This document shows positions 54,515-64,000 of a stretch of DNA of 64,000 bases, piece by piece. The notes beneath the pieces are model-generated. The model did not search any database. It was not told the DNA's origin and was given only the letters and a program-made list of their open reading frames with translations. This DNA comes from Thecamonas trahens ATCC 50062 (lineage: Eukaryota > Protista > Apusomonadida): the NCBI RefSeq assembly GCF_000142905.1, contig NW_013657675.1:434001-498000 (forward strand), read 5' to 3'. The stretch's first letter is position 1. The number at the start of each line of letters is the position of its first letter. The translations under genes were made by a program, and so were the position numbers.

Positions 54515-57500
54515 ATGAGCTTTGCAAGTGGGGCTACCCTTGGAGCGCGTGGCGCAAGCCCGTCGATGTCCATGTCGCCAGCACCGCATTCACCTTCACC
54601 AGGACCTGGAAGTAGGACCGGCGGAGTGGTGGTCACCGCCGAGCTGCGGGGAACATCCCACCCGGACTGCCTCATGCACCGCAAGTGGCAGCTGGGAGTG
54701 GATGCACCAAGTAAGCTGCAGCCACTGTCACTAGCCGTCAAATGTGAGGGTATTGAGTTTGAGCTGGAGACAGAGCCCATGGCTCTCGGCTCTCGTATCG
54801 TCTACAAGGACGGTGCTATTGACGCCACCGCCATTCGCCACCGCCTCCGCCAACCGCGTGGTCTCATCAAGGTCCACTTTGTCTTTCGCGGCGCCCTCCT
54901 CCCGCCAGACTCGGCTCAAGACGATGCCAGTTCACAGCCGGTAGAGGTCGTTGCAACGTCGCGCGAGTACTTTCTCTTCACCAACACTCGCCAGGTCTCT
55001 GCCTTTCGTGCACGCCATGGCTCAGACTCGGTCCTCGCCCGCGACATGCCGACGCCCTCGCCGTTTGGCGTCCCCTTCCGCTACCTCAAAGACGTCTCGC
55101 CCGACTCGGATGCACCTGCTGCTGGGCCCGGGTCGAGCGGAGGCGGCCGTGAAAGAGCCAAGGAGCCGCGCCGCCGCAAGCGCTCGTGGCACTCGCGGTC
55201 ATCGTCGGCGTCAGACACGCCGCCGTACACCACCTTTGCGTTCATGGTTGGCGTGGGAGGTGCAAGCGCCGCCTTTGAGCTATGGACATCGGCATCCGGG
55301 GTGCCTACTTCTCTTGGCGAGCTTAAGCGCGCGCTTGCCATGCGCTTTACCGACTCTCGTGGCTTGGCGCTGACCTCCGTCTCAGTCTGGGAGCCCGTCT
55401 TTGATGCATGGGAGCCGCTGACCTCGCTTCAGCAGCTTGTCTCGCTCGCCGAGCCGACCAAGCTCCGCGGCAAGCTCCTGCTCACCACCGATGCGTCGTC
55501 AGCACCGTCGGCACCGTCTGGCCGCGGAACCGGCCCAGCCTCGTCGGCTTCGCCGCAAGACCCGCTTCCGCCGCCTATGCTCTCGTCTGGCGGCAGCTCG
55601 TCGGTTTTCGACGTCCGCTCGGCTGACGATGGCCTGCCGTTCCTCTCGCTCGACGAGCTCGACTCGATCCTGCACATGTCGGCGACAACGCCGGCTGGCG
55701 CCCACCCGAATCCGCACTCGTCGACAGCTCCGGCGCCGCAGGCTGTCGCCGACTTTGACGCGCTCACGTGCGCCACAGACATGGATCTCACGTTTCCAGA
55801 GCTCGAGCTGCAGCCGGAGCAGCCGAGCCAACCGGCGCTGTTTAGCTCCAACTCGGCGCTGGCCACCTCGCTCTCGCCACAGGAGCTGGCAAGCCTCACG
55901 TCGCGGCTTGTCGACGAGCTCGAGGTCTCGGTTGGGGCCTCGGCACCAGCGCACCAGCCGGTCTACGACCTTGTCGAGGTTCTGCCATGGCAGGCTGTGT
56001 ACTCGGCGTCCACCTCTGAGCTTGTCGACTGGACCGGCGGCCAGAAGGCGTTCTCGCTCACTGTCATGAGCTCGGCGCAGTCTGGCACCGTGCTGCCGTC
56101 GGCAGCGACGCTCAACATCGGCGCCATCCAGCTGGACGTCTCTCGCGAGCTGATGGCGACCGGCGCGTCGTTCCGAGTGGTTACCATCTTGTCGCACGAG
56201 GTGGTGCTCTCGCAAGTTGCTCCGCTCGTCGAGCCGGCGATGGCGCGGGCTGAGCTGGATCCAACGACCCCGGTTGTCCTCGCCCAGCTACCAGTTTCGC
56301 TCACGCTCGACGGCGTTACCTCGAACGCGCGTGCCTTTGTCGTCTATCTCTCAGTCTTGGCTGGAAGCGGCGACTCGCCGGCGCCGGGTAAGAAGCGCAA
56401 GCTCCGCCACGACGACGACGGCGCCGGTATCGGCCGGCCTGGCCAGCGCGCCAAGACGCTCGGCGCTGGCAGAGCGTCGTCGAGTGGCGGCGCGTCGAGC
56501 TCGACAGCGGCGGCACCAGGGCTTGGGTGGGGCATGACCATATGGGCCACCGGGCCGCGACCGAGTTCCGACCTGGTGGTCGACGGCCTATCCGACTCGC
56601 CGGTTCTCAGCGCACACGCGGCGGCGCTGCTTCCGCTCCTGCTTCAGCCGCCGTTGGCGATGGCGCAGGAGCTAGGTTCGTTTGCGCCAGGCTCGCTGCC
56701 GGCCCACGTGGCTGGCGAGCTGGTGATGCACGCGGTGCGGTGTGCTCGTGTCGGCGCGCTCCGTGTTCTTCTTTTTGGCGTGCATGGCCACCCTTCGGCG
56801 CTTGCGTCCCTGGTCCCTGGCGGGCTCCGCGCGCTCGACTGGATCGAGCCGCACACTGGCCACACGGTGGTGCACCTTGCGGTGCTCCTTGGCTCGCCGT
56901 TTGTTCTTGGCTCGCTCCTCATCAAGTACGCACCGATCATGCTCCGCGAGCTCAACACGCCGAACAGTGCTGGGCTCACGCCGCTCGGCCTCGCGCTCTC
57001 GCTTGGCCGTCGGTGGCTTGTTCCGCTCCTGCTTCACTTTGGTGCGGTGCCGCAGCTTGGCGACTGCGCTGTGCCGGGCCCGCTCGCGCTCCGGGCGTAC
57101 GTCGCACTTGCGCTTCGCGCTGCAACCCTCGGCCGCGCATTCCGCCACGGCGCCATCACTCTTTTCCTCAGAGACTGGGCTGCGTCGCATGGCCAAAGCT
57201 CGAGGGCCACACTGCAGGATGTTCGCCTCGAGCGACGGGCGCTGACGCCTGTTCTGGCCAACTCGGACTCGCAGGGCTCATGGAACACGCCAGGGTCACC
57301 GTCTGTGTCATTATCATCATTATCATCATCATCTTCTTCTTCGTCATCGTGGACCGCGACTGCGTCGTCAGAGCTCGCGGTCTCGGGCGATGCTGAGGCT
57401 CGAGCCCGCAGCAGTGCGCCGCGGGCCAGCCGCTCGCTGCGGTCAGGGCAGACTTCAACCACCACCGGGCGGACTGTGTCAGGCGGAGATGAGGAGGAGG

Positions 57501-59584
57501 AAGCGACCGAGTTGGCGGCCGAGCCGGCGCTCAAGCTTGCCTCGCACGAGATTGAGCTCGCGCAGTTTGGCGGCGAGCCGTATTTTGACCCACTGGATCC
57601 GCGTCAACGGCACGAGATTGTGGCATCTGGCACCGGCGGCGGAGTTGTGGCGGGCGCCGGCGTGCTGCGGCTGGGAGTGGTGGCCGGCGGTGTGAGCCGA
57701 AACGGATCGCCGCGGCAGACAGAGCCGCAGCGCCACAGTCCGCTTGCAAAGCGGCCGTCTGAGCGGAGCGAAGCAAATGCTGCGCCGGTGTGGTCGGTGT
57801 GGGTGCTGAGTGCGCTCGCACTCGCGGTCTTTGTCATGGTGGCGTCGCTGGCGGTGCTGATAGGGGTGGTGACGGTGTATGCGGCAGACACGCGGTCGTG
57901 CGGCTCACTAGCAGAGCTTGCCGGGCAGTACTCAAGCCTTGCGCGGCGCGGCGGCCATGCTCTGGGCACTATCCGTGACCGCGACTATTTCAACTGTACC
58001 ATCCTCAACCTGGCCGGACTGCCGTTGACAAGCGCGAGCGGCGGCGCAGGCAACGCTTCCGACATTGGCATCTCGCTCTGTCGCGGCATCGCAGCGTCGA
58101 TATTTTATCAAGGTCTCGACATTGATCGCACGCTCGACCGGCGGATTCGGTACACTTCGTTTGTCAACTCTGCAGATGTTGTTGTGGGATGGGATGTGTC
58201 GCTGCCACGTGCGAGTGGCGGGCGGGTGGTCTCTGGCCCGCTTGTGCACGAGACACTGGCGATGATGACGCTGGCCAACGGGACGCGTGGGGCGTGGCTC
58301 GGTCCGGACATGGGCTGGATTGTGCCGACCGAGGCGCCAGGCGCATCGCCACCACGGCGCGAAGAGCTGGCACAGCTTGTGCAAGCCCGGCTTCGTGGAG
58401 AGGTCGGGTTGGCCAAGGCCAACATGCTGTTCAACACCAGCGTGTGCCTGACATCCGAGACACGGGAGCGCGGCGGGGAGCGGCTGGAGCTCGCGCTCGC
58501 GGGCGCGCTTGTTGTCGAGGTCGCGTCACTCGCGGACGGCTTTGTGGCGCTCAACGGCGGGCAGATAAGCGGAACCGGCCACGTGTTTGAGGCGCTGCCG
58601 CCGGAGGAGCCGCGGTGTGCTGCCGTGATCGGCCCGCTCTCTGACCTCGTGGCGGAGGCGGGGGCGACTGCGGCCAGGGCTGCACAGTCACCCAAGTCGA
58701 TACTCGATGCGACGACGCACGACTCTGTGGTGCGGTCGTGGGCGGTGGATCCGCAGCCGCTGGCGCTTCTCGGATCTATGGTGGTGGCTCTGCCGCAGCG
58801 GCACACCTCGGACGCAGTGCTTGCGACGGTGGTGAGCGCCGGCGTGTCGGTTGTTCCGCTTGCCGACCAGCTGGGACTCTCGCGCGTCAACGCGTGGGAC
58901 GATCTCGACCCGCTCTCGTCGGAGGACTACATGCTCGAGCACGGCGACAAGTTGTACGACGTGGCGCCTTTTGTGCACCGTGTCTTTCTCCGAACGGTGC
59001 TCCGATGGGGTGGCTCGCTCACCGACATGGTGCAGTCTGTGTTTGGCAGCGCCGGTGCAGAACTCTTCCTCGCGCCGCACTCGCTTAACGCAGTTTGGTC
59101 TGCGGGCGGAGCCTTGACGGCTGCGACGCCGCTCTCGCCCAATCTCTCGCCGGCCTCGGTGTTTGCCAGCCAGGTGGTTGACGAGAACGAGTATGACGAG
59201 GGGCTTGTGGTGGACTCGATGGCACCCAAGCCGCGCATTACACGCGGCTTCTTTGGGGTCGTTGTCTCGATGATGGTGGTGTTCTTTGTTGGTGCGCTCG
59301 GCTACACTATCTGGCTGGTGGCGATGCGATGGAACGCCGGACATCCTGCGGCTGCGCGCCGGGCCCGCGACCTTCGCTACGCCGCGGCCGCGCACCGACA
59401 CAAGGGCAAGGACGAGGAGGATATAGTGTGGGACGAGGCCGCGGGCATGCCTGCTGGCTGGGCCGAAGCTGCCGGCGTTGATCCGGCGTGGCGGGTCGAG
59501 TACATGCGCAAGGTCATGATGCTCCAGGCCGATGTCGACGACGATCACCTGTGGGAGCGGGCTGAGGTGGAGTACGGGGCGTAG
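54515..59584 (+). CDS. Two-TM protein: putative DNA-binding N-domain, IPT/TIG, NLS, Gly-rich linker, ankyrin repeats, TM, AapJ/BztA-like amino-acid-binding domain, TM
   Basis: Uninterrupted ORF. IPT-like EVLP...GGQK...VSLTLDGVTSNARAFVVY, then KKRKLR. Ankyrins GHTVVHLAVLLG and GLTPLGLALSLG. TM segments at ~57790-57885 and ~59246-59325. Solute-binding-protein motifs lie between the TMs. Confidence 0.8.
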   Translation: MSFASGATLGARGASPSMSMSPAPHSPSPGPGSRTGGVVVTAELRGTSHPDCLMHRKWQLGVDAPSKLQPLSLAVKCEGIEFELETEPMALGSRIVYKDGAIDATAIRHRLRQPRGLIKVHFVFRGALLPPDSAQDDASSQPVEVVATSREYFLFTNTRQVSAFRARHGSDSVLARDMPTPSPFGVPFRYLKDVSPDSDAPAAGPGSSGGGRERAKEPRRRKRSWHSRSSSASDTPPYTTFAFMVGVGGASAAFELWTSASGVPTSLGELKRALAMRFTDSRGLALTSVSVWEPVFDAWEPLTSLQQLVSLAEPTKLRGKLLLTTDASSAPSAPSGRGTGPASSASPQDPLPPPMLSSGGSSSVFDVRSADDGLPFLSLDELDSILHMSATTPAGAHPNPHSSTAPAPQAVADFDALTCATDMDLTFPELELQPEQPSQPALFSSNSALATSLSPQELASLTSRLVDELEVSVGASAPAHQPVYDLVEVLPWQAVYSASTSELVDWTGGQKAFSLTVMSSAQSGTVLPSAATLNIGAIQLDVSRELMATGASFRVVTILSHEVVLSQVAPLVEPAMARAELDPTTPVVLAQLPVSLTLDGVTSNARAFVVYLSVLAGSGDSPAPGKKRKLRHDDDGAGIGRPGQRAKTLGAGRASSSGGASSSTAAAPGLGWGMTIWATGPRPSSDLVVDGLSDSPVLSAHAAALLPLLLQPPLAMAQELGSFAPGSLPAHVAGELVMHAVRCARVGALRVLLFGVHGHPSALASLVPGGLRALDWIEPHTGHTVVHLAVLLGSPFVLGSLLIKYAPIMLRELNTPNSAGLTPLGLALSLGRRWLVPLLLHFGAVPQLGDCAVPGPLALRAYVALALRAATLGRAFRHGAITLFLRDWAASHGQSSRATLQDVRLERRALTPVLANSDSQGSWNTPGSPSVSLSSLSSSSSSSSSWTATASSELAVSGDAEARARSSAPRASRSLRSGQTSTTTGRTVSGGDEEEEATELAAEPALKLASHEIELAQFGGEPYFDPLDPRQRHEIVASGTGGGVVAGAGVLRLGVVAGGVSRNGSPRQTEPQRHSPLAKRPSERSEANAAPVWSVWVLSALALAVFVMVASLAVLIGVVTVYAADTRSCGSLAELAGQYSSLARRGGHALGTIRDRDYFNCTILNLAGLPLTSASGGAGNASDIGISLCRGIAASIFYQGLDIDRTLDRRIRYTSFVNSADVVVGWDVSLPRASGGRVVSGPLVHETLAMMTLANGTRGAWLGPDMGWIVPTEAPGASPPRREELAQLVQARLRGEVGLAKANMLFNTSVCLTSETRERGGERLELALAGALVVEVASLADGFVALNGGQISGTGHVFEALPPEEPRCAAVIGPLSDLVAEAGATAARAAQSPKSILDATTHDSVVRSWAVDPQPLALLGSMVVALPQRHTSDAVLATVVSAGVSVVPLADQLGLSRVNAWDDLDPLSSEDYMLEHGDKLYDVAPFVHRVFLRTVLRWGGSLTDMVQSVFGSAGAELFLAPHSLNAVWSAGGALTAATPLSPNLSPASVFASQVVDENEYDEGLVVDSMAPKPRITRGFFGVVVSMMVVFFVGALGYTIWLVAMRWNAGHPAAARRARDLRYAAAAHRHKGKDEEDIVWDEAAGMPAGWAEAAGVDPAWRVEYMRKVMMLQADVDDDHLWERAEVEYGA

Positions 59585-59649
59585 GAGCAGAAAGCAGCTC
59601 ATTGAAGCGACACATACACACGCACACACATGCAAAAGGGCAGGCGGGT

Positions 59650-61830
59650 TCACTGTTCGGCGGCCTCCAGCTCGGCCAATCTTGCCAACACAGGCGCGAG
59701 GGTGTCGGCGAGCGCTGCGGTGGCAGCGGAGACATCTGCGAGCGCGACGGCGGGCGCGGAGGTGATACGCGAGGAGGCGGCGGCGTCAAAGGCGGCAAGA
59801 TCAAGCGAGAGCTGGCGGTAGATCTTAAAGGTGTCAGACGGCCCGGCCGAGCCTGCGGGGCGGGCGCCACGGAGGCGGCGCAGCGAGTCAGCGGCGTTCT
59901 TGACCGAGGTGAGGACGGCAAGGAGGCTGGCAGCAAAGGCGGTAGCGGCTGCTGCGACAGTCATGAGCCGCCACTCGGCGAGGCGGGCGTCTGCAGCGAG
60001 GCCGACGACTGAGGCCTCAAACTCATCGAGCGGGTCAAAGAGAGTGGCAAGAAAGACCGATGCCGTAGTCGGAGTTGGCTTGGAGAGGCCGCGGTAGGCG
60101 CGCGGGATGGCGGAGAGCTCAGCGTCGAGGTTCTGTGTGAGGGAAGACGTGAGGAGGTCAACGATGGCGGCCGAGGCCTTGGGCCGGAGGGCAGCGAGGG
60201 CAGCGGCAGGTGCGGTAAGGCCGGCCGAGACGGCGGCAGCAGCGGCGTCGGCGGCGGCGGGCGAAGTCTCGGGCCCGAGGGCGCCTACAGCGGCGGCTTC
60301 GAGGCGCGGCAGAGCGTTGCAAAGAACAGCGTTGGCGTCGGCGTCGAGGGCAGCAAGCTCAAAGAGCGAGACGGGCGTCTCATCGGCCTCACCGAGTGTG
60401 CGGCGGTCAAAGAGGAGGTCGACCCACGAGGTGTAGCGGGCGAGCATCTGGAGCGAGAGCTTGAAGAACGAGCCCACGAGCGGGCGGAGAACAATGGTCG
60501 GCGCCCACACGTCAGCGAGGACAGTGACGAGGGAGCGGGTCTGGGTGACGGCGGCGGGAAGCGCGTCCGCGGGCGCGTCGTCGAGCTCGGCGAGGGCGAG
60601 CGGTGCGTCAAAGGCAGCGGCAAAGGGGCCGACGAGGCCCTGGAAACGGAGCTGAAAGTAGACCGGTAGGTTCCAACGGCGCATAAATGCGAGGTAGTGG
60701 TCCGAAGCTCGGAAGGCTTGGATGGCGTCGACCGGGCCGAGGACGGACTCGACGGCGACGAGAAAGGCAGAAGTGGCCGAGTAGTTGGTGTGGAAGAGGT
60801 CCGGGAGGCCAGGCGCAAAGATATGTGGGATGCGGTCGTCGACGAGGCGAAGGAGGACGGCAAAGACGGCGTTGCCCATAAACTCAAAGGCCGCACGCGG
60901 GGCGTCGGCGCCGTCTGGCAGCTGGTCGGCCGACGAGGCCGCGGCCGGGACCGAGACTGTAGCAGCGAGCTCGAGGAGGAGCCGAAGCTGCGGGCGGCGG
61001 AGGAGGACGACGACGGCGTCATAGATGGCGGGCAGACCGTTGTGCGAGCCAAGCGAGCCGGCCTCGAGGGCGGCCTTGGTGATGACAGCCTCGAGAGCAG
61101 GGGTGACAACGTGGCGGGCGACGACAGCCTCTGCGTCGGCAACACCATTAACTGCGGCGTAGGTGCGGAGCGAGAGCTTGAGGCCCGGCCCGTCTGCGGC
61201 GTTGAGCGCGGCGAGAAAGGTCTCGCGGAGCGAGGCGCGCAGTGCGTCCTGGACGGCCGAGATGCGCGGGGTGAGGCCACGGATGAAAGCCAGACCCTCG
61301 CCTTGCTCTACATAGTGCAGCAGCCTGTTGAGCTCTGCGCCAACGCGCTCGATAACGTGCGAGTCCGAGGCGGCGGCGACAGCGGGACGGTTGAGGCCGG
61401 CGCCTGACGCGCGAAGACCGAGCAAGGCCTCGAGCTTGTCGACACAGCGGGCAGCATCGATACAGAGAGCTAGCTGAGCGCGAGCAGCGGCAACGGCAGC
61501 GCGCTCTGCGGCCTTTGCAGCGACAGTGGCGCGAGCAGCATCGAGGGCAGCGTGGAGCGAGGCGACCTGAGCGCGAGCCGTGGCCAACGGAGCGGCGATG
61601 CGATCGAGAGCATCATCCAAGCCAGAGAGGTCTGTGGAGAGAGCAAGAAAAGCAGCATAGTCTTCGTTGATAATGTGAAACAGCTCGCCAGAGACGTCTT
61701 CCCGGACAGCATCGAGCTCCTTCTTGAGGCTTCCCAGGGGAATGACCTTGCGTGCGGCGGCGACGTAGGTCTCTGGCACAAACTCGCCCTTTGTCTCAAA
61801 GGTCTCTGCTGAGACCACAAAGTCTGTCAT
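59650..61830 (-). CDS. COG2: Conserved oligomeric Golgi complex subunit 2
   Basis: IINEDYAAFLALSTDLSGLD, FAPGLPDLFHTNY, FMRRWNLPVYFQLRF and SDTFKIYRQLSLD match the COG2 pattern. Confidence 0.9.
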   Translation of the reverse strand: MTDFVVSAETFETKGEFVPETYVAAARKVIPLGSLKKELDAVREDVSGELFHIINEDYAAFLALSTDLSGLDDALDRIAAPLATARAQVASLHAALDAARATVAAKAAERAAVAAARAQLALCIDAARCVDKLEALLGLRASGAGLNRPAVAAASDSHVIERVGAELNRLLHYVEQGEGLAFIRGLTPRISAVQDALRASLRETFLAALNAADGPGLKLSLRTYAAVNGVADAEAVVARHVVTPALEAVITKAALEAGSLGSHNGLPAIYDAVVVLLRRPQLRLLLELAATVSVPAAASSADQLPDGADAPRAAFEFMGNAVFAVLLRLVDDRIPHIFAPGLPDLFHTNYSATSAFLVAVESVLGPVDAIQAFRASDHYLAFMRRWNLPVYFQLRFQGLVGPFAAAFDAPLALAELDDAPADALPAAVTQTRSLVTVLADVWAPTIVLRPLVGSFFKLSLQMLARYTSWVDLLFDRRTLGEADETPVSLFELAALDADANAVLCNALPRLEAAAVGALGPETSPAAADAAAAAVSAGLTAPAAALAALRPKASAAIVDLLTSSLTQNLDAELSAIPRAYRGLSKPTPTTASVFLATLFDPLDEFEASVVGLAADARLAEWRLMTVAAAATAFAASLLAVLTSVKNAADSLRRLRGARPAGSAGPSDTFKIYRQLSLDLAAFDAAASSRITSAPAVALADVSAATAALADTLAPVLARLAELEAAEQ

Positions 61831-61843
61831 GAGAGTGACAGTA

Positions 61844-61847
<4 letters not shown>

Positions 61848-61889
<42 letters not shown>
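61848..61889. repeat. (TG)n microsatellite, about 21 units
   Basis: Perfect TG run immediately upstream of the COG2 start. Confidence 0.95.
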
Positions 61890-61890
<1 letters not shown>

Positions 61891-62065
61891 AGGAGTGTTT
61901 GGTGTGTGTGTCTGAGGGTATGACGGGGGGGGAAGGGGGCATCTAAGGGGTAACCATTGATAACGCCCGTTGACCATGGGGTACCATTGATACCCCCCCC
62001 CCCCCCTCCCATGACCAACCACCACACTCCACAGACCCACACCTACACCCTCCTCCTCCCCTCAC

Positions 62066-63793
62066 ATGCCGTCGCCCACGTCGTCGTCGTCCACGACGAC
62101 CACGCCGTCGTCGTCGGTACCCCCTTCAGCACCTACCGGGACCACCGAGTCAAGCCCGGTGGGGACAGCAACAAGCGCAGGTGGGCCATCAGCAAGCACA
62201 GGCGGTGGGGCAGCCGTAGGCGGTGACGAGGCGGTGGCCATGGCGGTGGCACAGACAGCGCATGCGTATGCACACCCACAGCAGACAGCCATGCCTGCTC
62301 CTCGCCCTCTCTCGGCCTCGCTTGGTCATCCCTCGCCCTCGCGCAAGCGGCAGCGCGACATGACGCCGGACGACTTTGGCCTCCGTCTCCCTCCCGGCGC
62401 CGTCCCGCGACCAAAGCGCCGCAAGACGCCGACCAAGACCCCATCGCCGGCCTTTTCAAAGCCCATCACTCCCGCCATTGCTCCGGCATCAGCGCCGGGC
62501 GTTAACGTTGTCGTCTGCCTCCATCCGGATGCTCCTGCCGCCACGGCCATGGCCGGTGGCGCTGTCGTCGGCATCGATGCCGTGGGCGGCACCGTCCTGC
62601 CGGGCGCCACCACCCCGTCGGTCGAGTCCGAGTCCGAGCATGAGGGCCTTGACCCGCTCGAGCACTGGCTCACCCACGTCCAGGTGCTCACGGGCGCCAA
62701 GGCGAACAAGATCCTTGAGGTCCAGGCCTACGATACGGTGGTCTCGGCCTTCCGCACACTCATCACTGCCCGCCTGCTCTCGGCACCGATCTACGACGCC
62801 CACACCTCGACATACGTCGGGACCATCGACATCGTCGACCTTGTCCACATGGCCGTCAACTCGCTCTCCAAGGTCACCTCGCGGGTCTCACTTGAGAACC
62901 TCATGCGGACCAAGGTGTTCGGCATGAAGGTTTTCCAGCTCGCTAACTTTTCGTCGCTCAACCCGTTTGTCGCCGTCAAGCTCGGCTCGTCCATCCTCAA
63001 GGTCATGCAGGGCCTGGCGGTCGACAAGCTCCACCGCGTGAGCATCACCGATGACAAGGGCCGCGTCCGCGGCATTATCTCGCAGTCGTGGATGGTTCGC
63101 TGGCTCTCGACCAACGCGCAGCGGTTTCTCGGCGAGCGCGCCCACGCCCCGATCGCAGACCTCGGTCTCGGTGAGCCCAAGACCGTTGTCACCATTCGCG
63201 ACTCGCAGCTCGCCATCGAGGCCTTCTCCGCCATGGTCGAAGCCTCAGTCTCGGCCGTCGGCATTGTCGACTCGCACAACGTGCTCAAGGGCGTCATTTC
63301 CGTTCGCGACATCAAGGCCGTCCGCCCCTCACAGTCCAATCCGGACGTCATCCACTTTGACGCCCTCTACATCAACGTCATGGAGTTTGTCGCCGTCTCA
63401 CGCGCACAAGTTGTCTCCACCGAGAAGGTTCCGCTCCTCTCCTGCTCACCAGACACTCCGCTCACCGTCGTCCTCGGCCGTGTCGTCGCCGCGCGCATGT
63501 ACCGCATCTTTGTCGTTGACGAAATGCATCGCCCGGTCTCGGTCGTCTCGCTCGCAGACCTCATCCGCGTCTTCCTCCCGCCCTCAGCCTCATCGTCACT
63601 CATTGCCGAGGCTACTGCCTCGGCCAATGCCACCACCACCGTCTGCACCACCACCACCTCGTCCAATGCCACCACCACTGTCTCGTCTATTACTGTCGCG
63701 ACCACTTCGGCCACACCCGTCGTCTCGCCAGCATCGGTTGCTGGAAATCCGTTCGGGCTGCACTCGAGCTCCGAGCCGCCCGTCACCCTCTGA
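62066..63793 (+). CDS. CBS-domain protein (4 CBS; AMPK-gamma/Sds23-like) with low-complexity termini
   Basis: LLSAPIYD...YVGTIDIVDLV, LHRVSITD...GIISQS, VSAVGIVD...GVISVRDIK and YRIFVVDE..PVSVVSLADLI. Confidence 0.88.
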   Translation: MPSPTSSSSTTTTPSSSVPPSAPTGTTESSPVGTATSAGGPSASTGGGAAVGGDEAVAMAVAQTAHAYAHPQQTAMPAPRPLSASLGHPSPSRKRQRDMTPDDFGLRLPPGAVPRPKRRKTPTKTPSPAFSKPITPAIAPASAPGVNVVVCLHPDAPAATAMAGGAVVGIDAVGGTVLPGATTPSVESESEHEGLDPLEHWLTHVQVLTGAKANKILEVQAYDTVVSAFRTLITARLLSAPIYDAHTSTYVGTIDIVDLVHMAVNSLSKVTSRVSLENLMRTKVFGMKVFQLANFSSLNPFVAVKLGSSILKVMQGLAVDKLHRVSITDDKGRVRGIISQSWMVRWLSTNAQRFLGERAHAPIADLGLGEPKTVVTIRDSQLAIEAFSAMVEASVSAVGIVDSHNVLKGVISVRDIKAVRPSQSNPDVIHFDALYINVMEFVAVSRAQVVSTEKVPLLSCSPDTPLTVVLGRVVAARMYRIFVVDEMHRPVSVVSLADLIRVFLPPSASSSLIAEATASANATTTVCTTTTSSNATTTVSSITVATTSATPVVSPASVAGNPFGLHSSSEPPVTL

Positions 63794-64000
63794 CCGGCGC
63801 CCCGCTGGCGCTGGCTCCGCTCCGCTTGTGCGGCAGCCGCGTCGCCTTGGATCCGGCGAGCCCGAGGTCGTCGCGCACGAGCCAGCTGTAGTCAGGGTAT
63901 ACCGCCCGCGGCGGGTGGCTCGCCGAGAGTCCCGCCACCGACGCCGCCGACATCACACGCAACGCCGGCACTTGCTCGCCTTCGCTCGCGCGCATAGACG
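63783..64000 (-). CDS. Probable 3' end of a gene running off the window
   Basis: Open frame ending ...YPDYSWLVRDDLGL...PVRG* with coding-like composition; too short to identify. Confidence 0.4.
   Translation of the reverse strand, partial: SMRASEGEQVPALRVMSAASVAGLSASHPPRAVYPDYSWLVRDDLGLAGSKATRLPHKRSGASASGAPVRG

Noticed and set aside
35837-61830. COG7 and COG2 in the same window as a functional cluster
   Set aside because: They are about 21 kb apart with several unrelated genes between them; likely chance in a compact genome.

Overview
GC-rich, very gene-dense, intron-poor eukaryotic (protist) genomic DNA read with the standard genetic code. The style suggests an apusomonad such as Thecamonas, but this cannot be verified from the sequence. 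There are about 25 protein genes, short GT-AG introns near 5' ends, poly-C/poly-G noncoding tracts and three assembly gaps. Recognisable genes: EF-hand RasGEF, Sec23-zinc-finger/VWA protein, formin, two kinases, membrane-anchored subtilase, mitochondrial class I fumarase, PH/WD40 protein, FANCL, multicopper oxidase, ABCD transporter, LIM protein, COG7, glucosidase II beta, ZNF598/Hel2, ISWI, COG2 and a CBS protein. Five genes are split by six apparent 1-nt deletions, five of them in homopolymers. The most striking item is a ~1690-aa two-TM protein (54515-59584). It combines an NF-kB-p105/Spt23-like cytosolic module (IPT, NLS, Gly-rich linker, ankyrins) with an extracytoplasmic, bacterial AapJ/BztA-type amino-acid-binding domain, suggesting a one-component receptor/transcription factor. 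Directly upstream is a CH + pseudo-cyclase + pseudo-receiver protein. Also noted: a hidden 42-aa Tom5-like microprotein, bacterial-like enzymes, and a structured-RNA candidate in the Hel2 intron. All family assignments come from visual motif recognition, not database searches.
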